64,000 nucleotides of DNA, taken from positions 20,200,754-20,264,753 of the forward strand of contig OZ316896.1 of assembly GCA_973895155.1 (NCBI GenBank). The letters run 5' to 3'. Source of the stretch: Marsupella aquatica. Taxonomy: Eukaryota > Plantae > Marchantiophyta. Each line of letters starts with the position of its first letter. Position 1 is the stretch's first letter. The position numbers and the translations under genes are program-made. The notes under the pieces were generated by a model. That model saw only the letters and a list, made by a program, of their open reading frames with translations, was not told the origin of the DNA and made no database searches. Positions 63,147 to 64,000 of the stretch are shown here, one piece after another.

Positions 63147-63467
63147 TGTTGAGCATAGATGACATTCGCAATGGCAAGCCCATGAACCATCCAACGCACT
63201 TTAGTCGACACAGAGAGATACGTGGTTCACCTCCACATGAGGCTACGTCCACGGGAACACACAAGAGCTTTACTGCACTCTAGGCCGATCGGCCATACCA
63301 AGCATCCTCAACTAGCTCCGTAACAATGAGCCTAAGTTCCACCAGGGTCTGGCATCAGCCCTGGCTATATGCACAACAGCACTACCACTAACCTTAGCTA
63401 GGTTCTAACCCGAGTTAGCCTAACTGTGGTTAGCACAAGAGTCACAAGACTAGAGCAATATCTAACA
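63147..63467 (-). repeat. 5' LTR of the copia element (321 bp)
   Basis: By eye it differs from the 3' LTR by 5 transitions and a 23-bp deletion. Confidence 0.97.
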
Positions 63468-64000
63468 TCATACACGTCTACAGCATGTTGTGGATAATGA
63501 CATGCGTTTATATAAGGTCCATTGACTTGGTTTGGCAGTTTCCTTGCCTCCCTAGTAAGCTTGCATAAATTTGTGCATCTATATCCATACATAGCAAAAC
63601 ACCTTATTAGCCCAAAAATGACATCAATACTGTTTTACTAGTATCTGTGAGTGTCCCACTTCATATGCACGCTTAAACAAGGCGACCTTTAATGCCACCT
63701 ATCACTTCTTTTAGGATGCTTATATGTGCAGAGTCAACCACATTTGACAGTACAATAACAATCAGTAAGACTCCTTTTATCTTCAGTACAAGATAAACTG
63801 AAGAGAAAAAGGAGCTTTTTAATGGCGAGGAAGCTCATGGACACAAATGAACATAGGAAGTTTTTAGTGTCACAATACCCTTAAAATGTTACAGTGTCAT
63901 GATATCAAAGTGTAAGAGCTTATATACAGGGTAACCATGGCGACCCAAGGCAATCAAACTCCTTCAATTGAAAAATAAACATGGGCCGCACCAAGGACAG

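Larger units (their letters stand above)
56817..63467 (-). mobile_element. Full-length Ty1/copia LTR retrotransposon (Tnt1/Tork-like), coding-defective
   Basis: TG...CA LTRs at 56817-57160 and 63147-63467; 5-bp TSD TCATA at 56812-56816 and 63468-63472; PBS and PPT present; domain order gag-PR-INT-RT-RH. Confidence 0.98.

Overview
This is land-plant nuclear DNA, probably from a non-angiosperm: a plastid-derived ndhE fragment ends in the bryophyte/fern-type ...STRIDQF.LLK(W). It is gene-sparse and rich in repeats. Four loci are recognisable: (1) a complete 12-exon DPH6 diphthine--ammonia ligase with C-terminal YjgF/RidA-like domains (-, 11377-16582); (2) a 3-exon stress-type (ATAF/SNAC-like) NAC transcription factor (+, 35549-37909); (3) an intronless PRISE/VEP1 enone reductase broken by one small frameshifting deletion (+, 43515-44611); (4) a convergent carbonyl-reductase-type SDR (-, 47758-49559) whose start exon I could not resolve. 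The right end holds a full-length but mutated Tnt1/Tork-like Ty1/copia element (56817-63467; TSD TCATA, tRNA-iMet PBS) next to an older related solo LTR. The window also contains a tRNA-derived SINE with a 15-bp TSD, a non-autonomous TIR element inside an old local duplication, an orphan LRR-like ORF and several tandem repeats. The best leads are a two-state fold-back RNA candidate at 21.4-21.7 kb, the PRISE+SDR reductase pair with a triplicated splice acceptor in the PRISE 5'UTR, and an in-frame UGA at the copia gag/pol junction. All alignments were done by eye and no database search was possible, so none of these is a confirmed new system.
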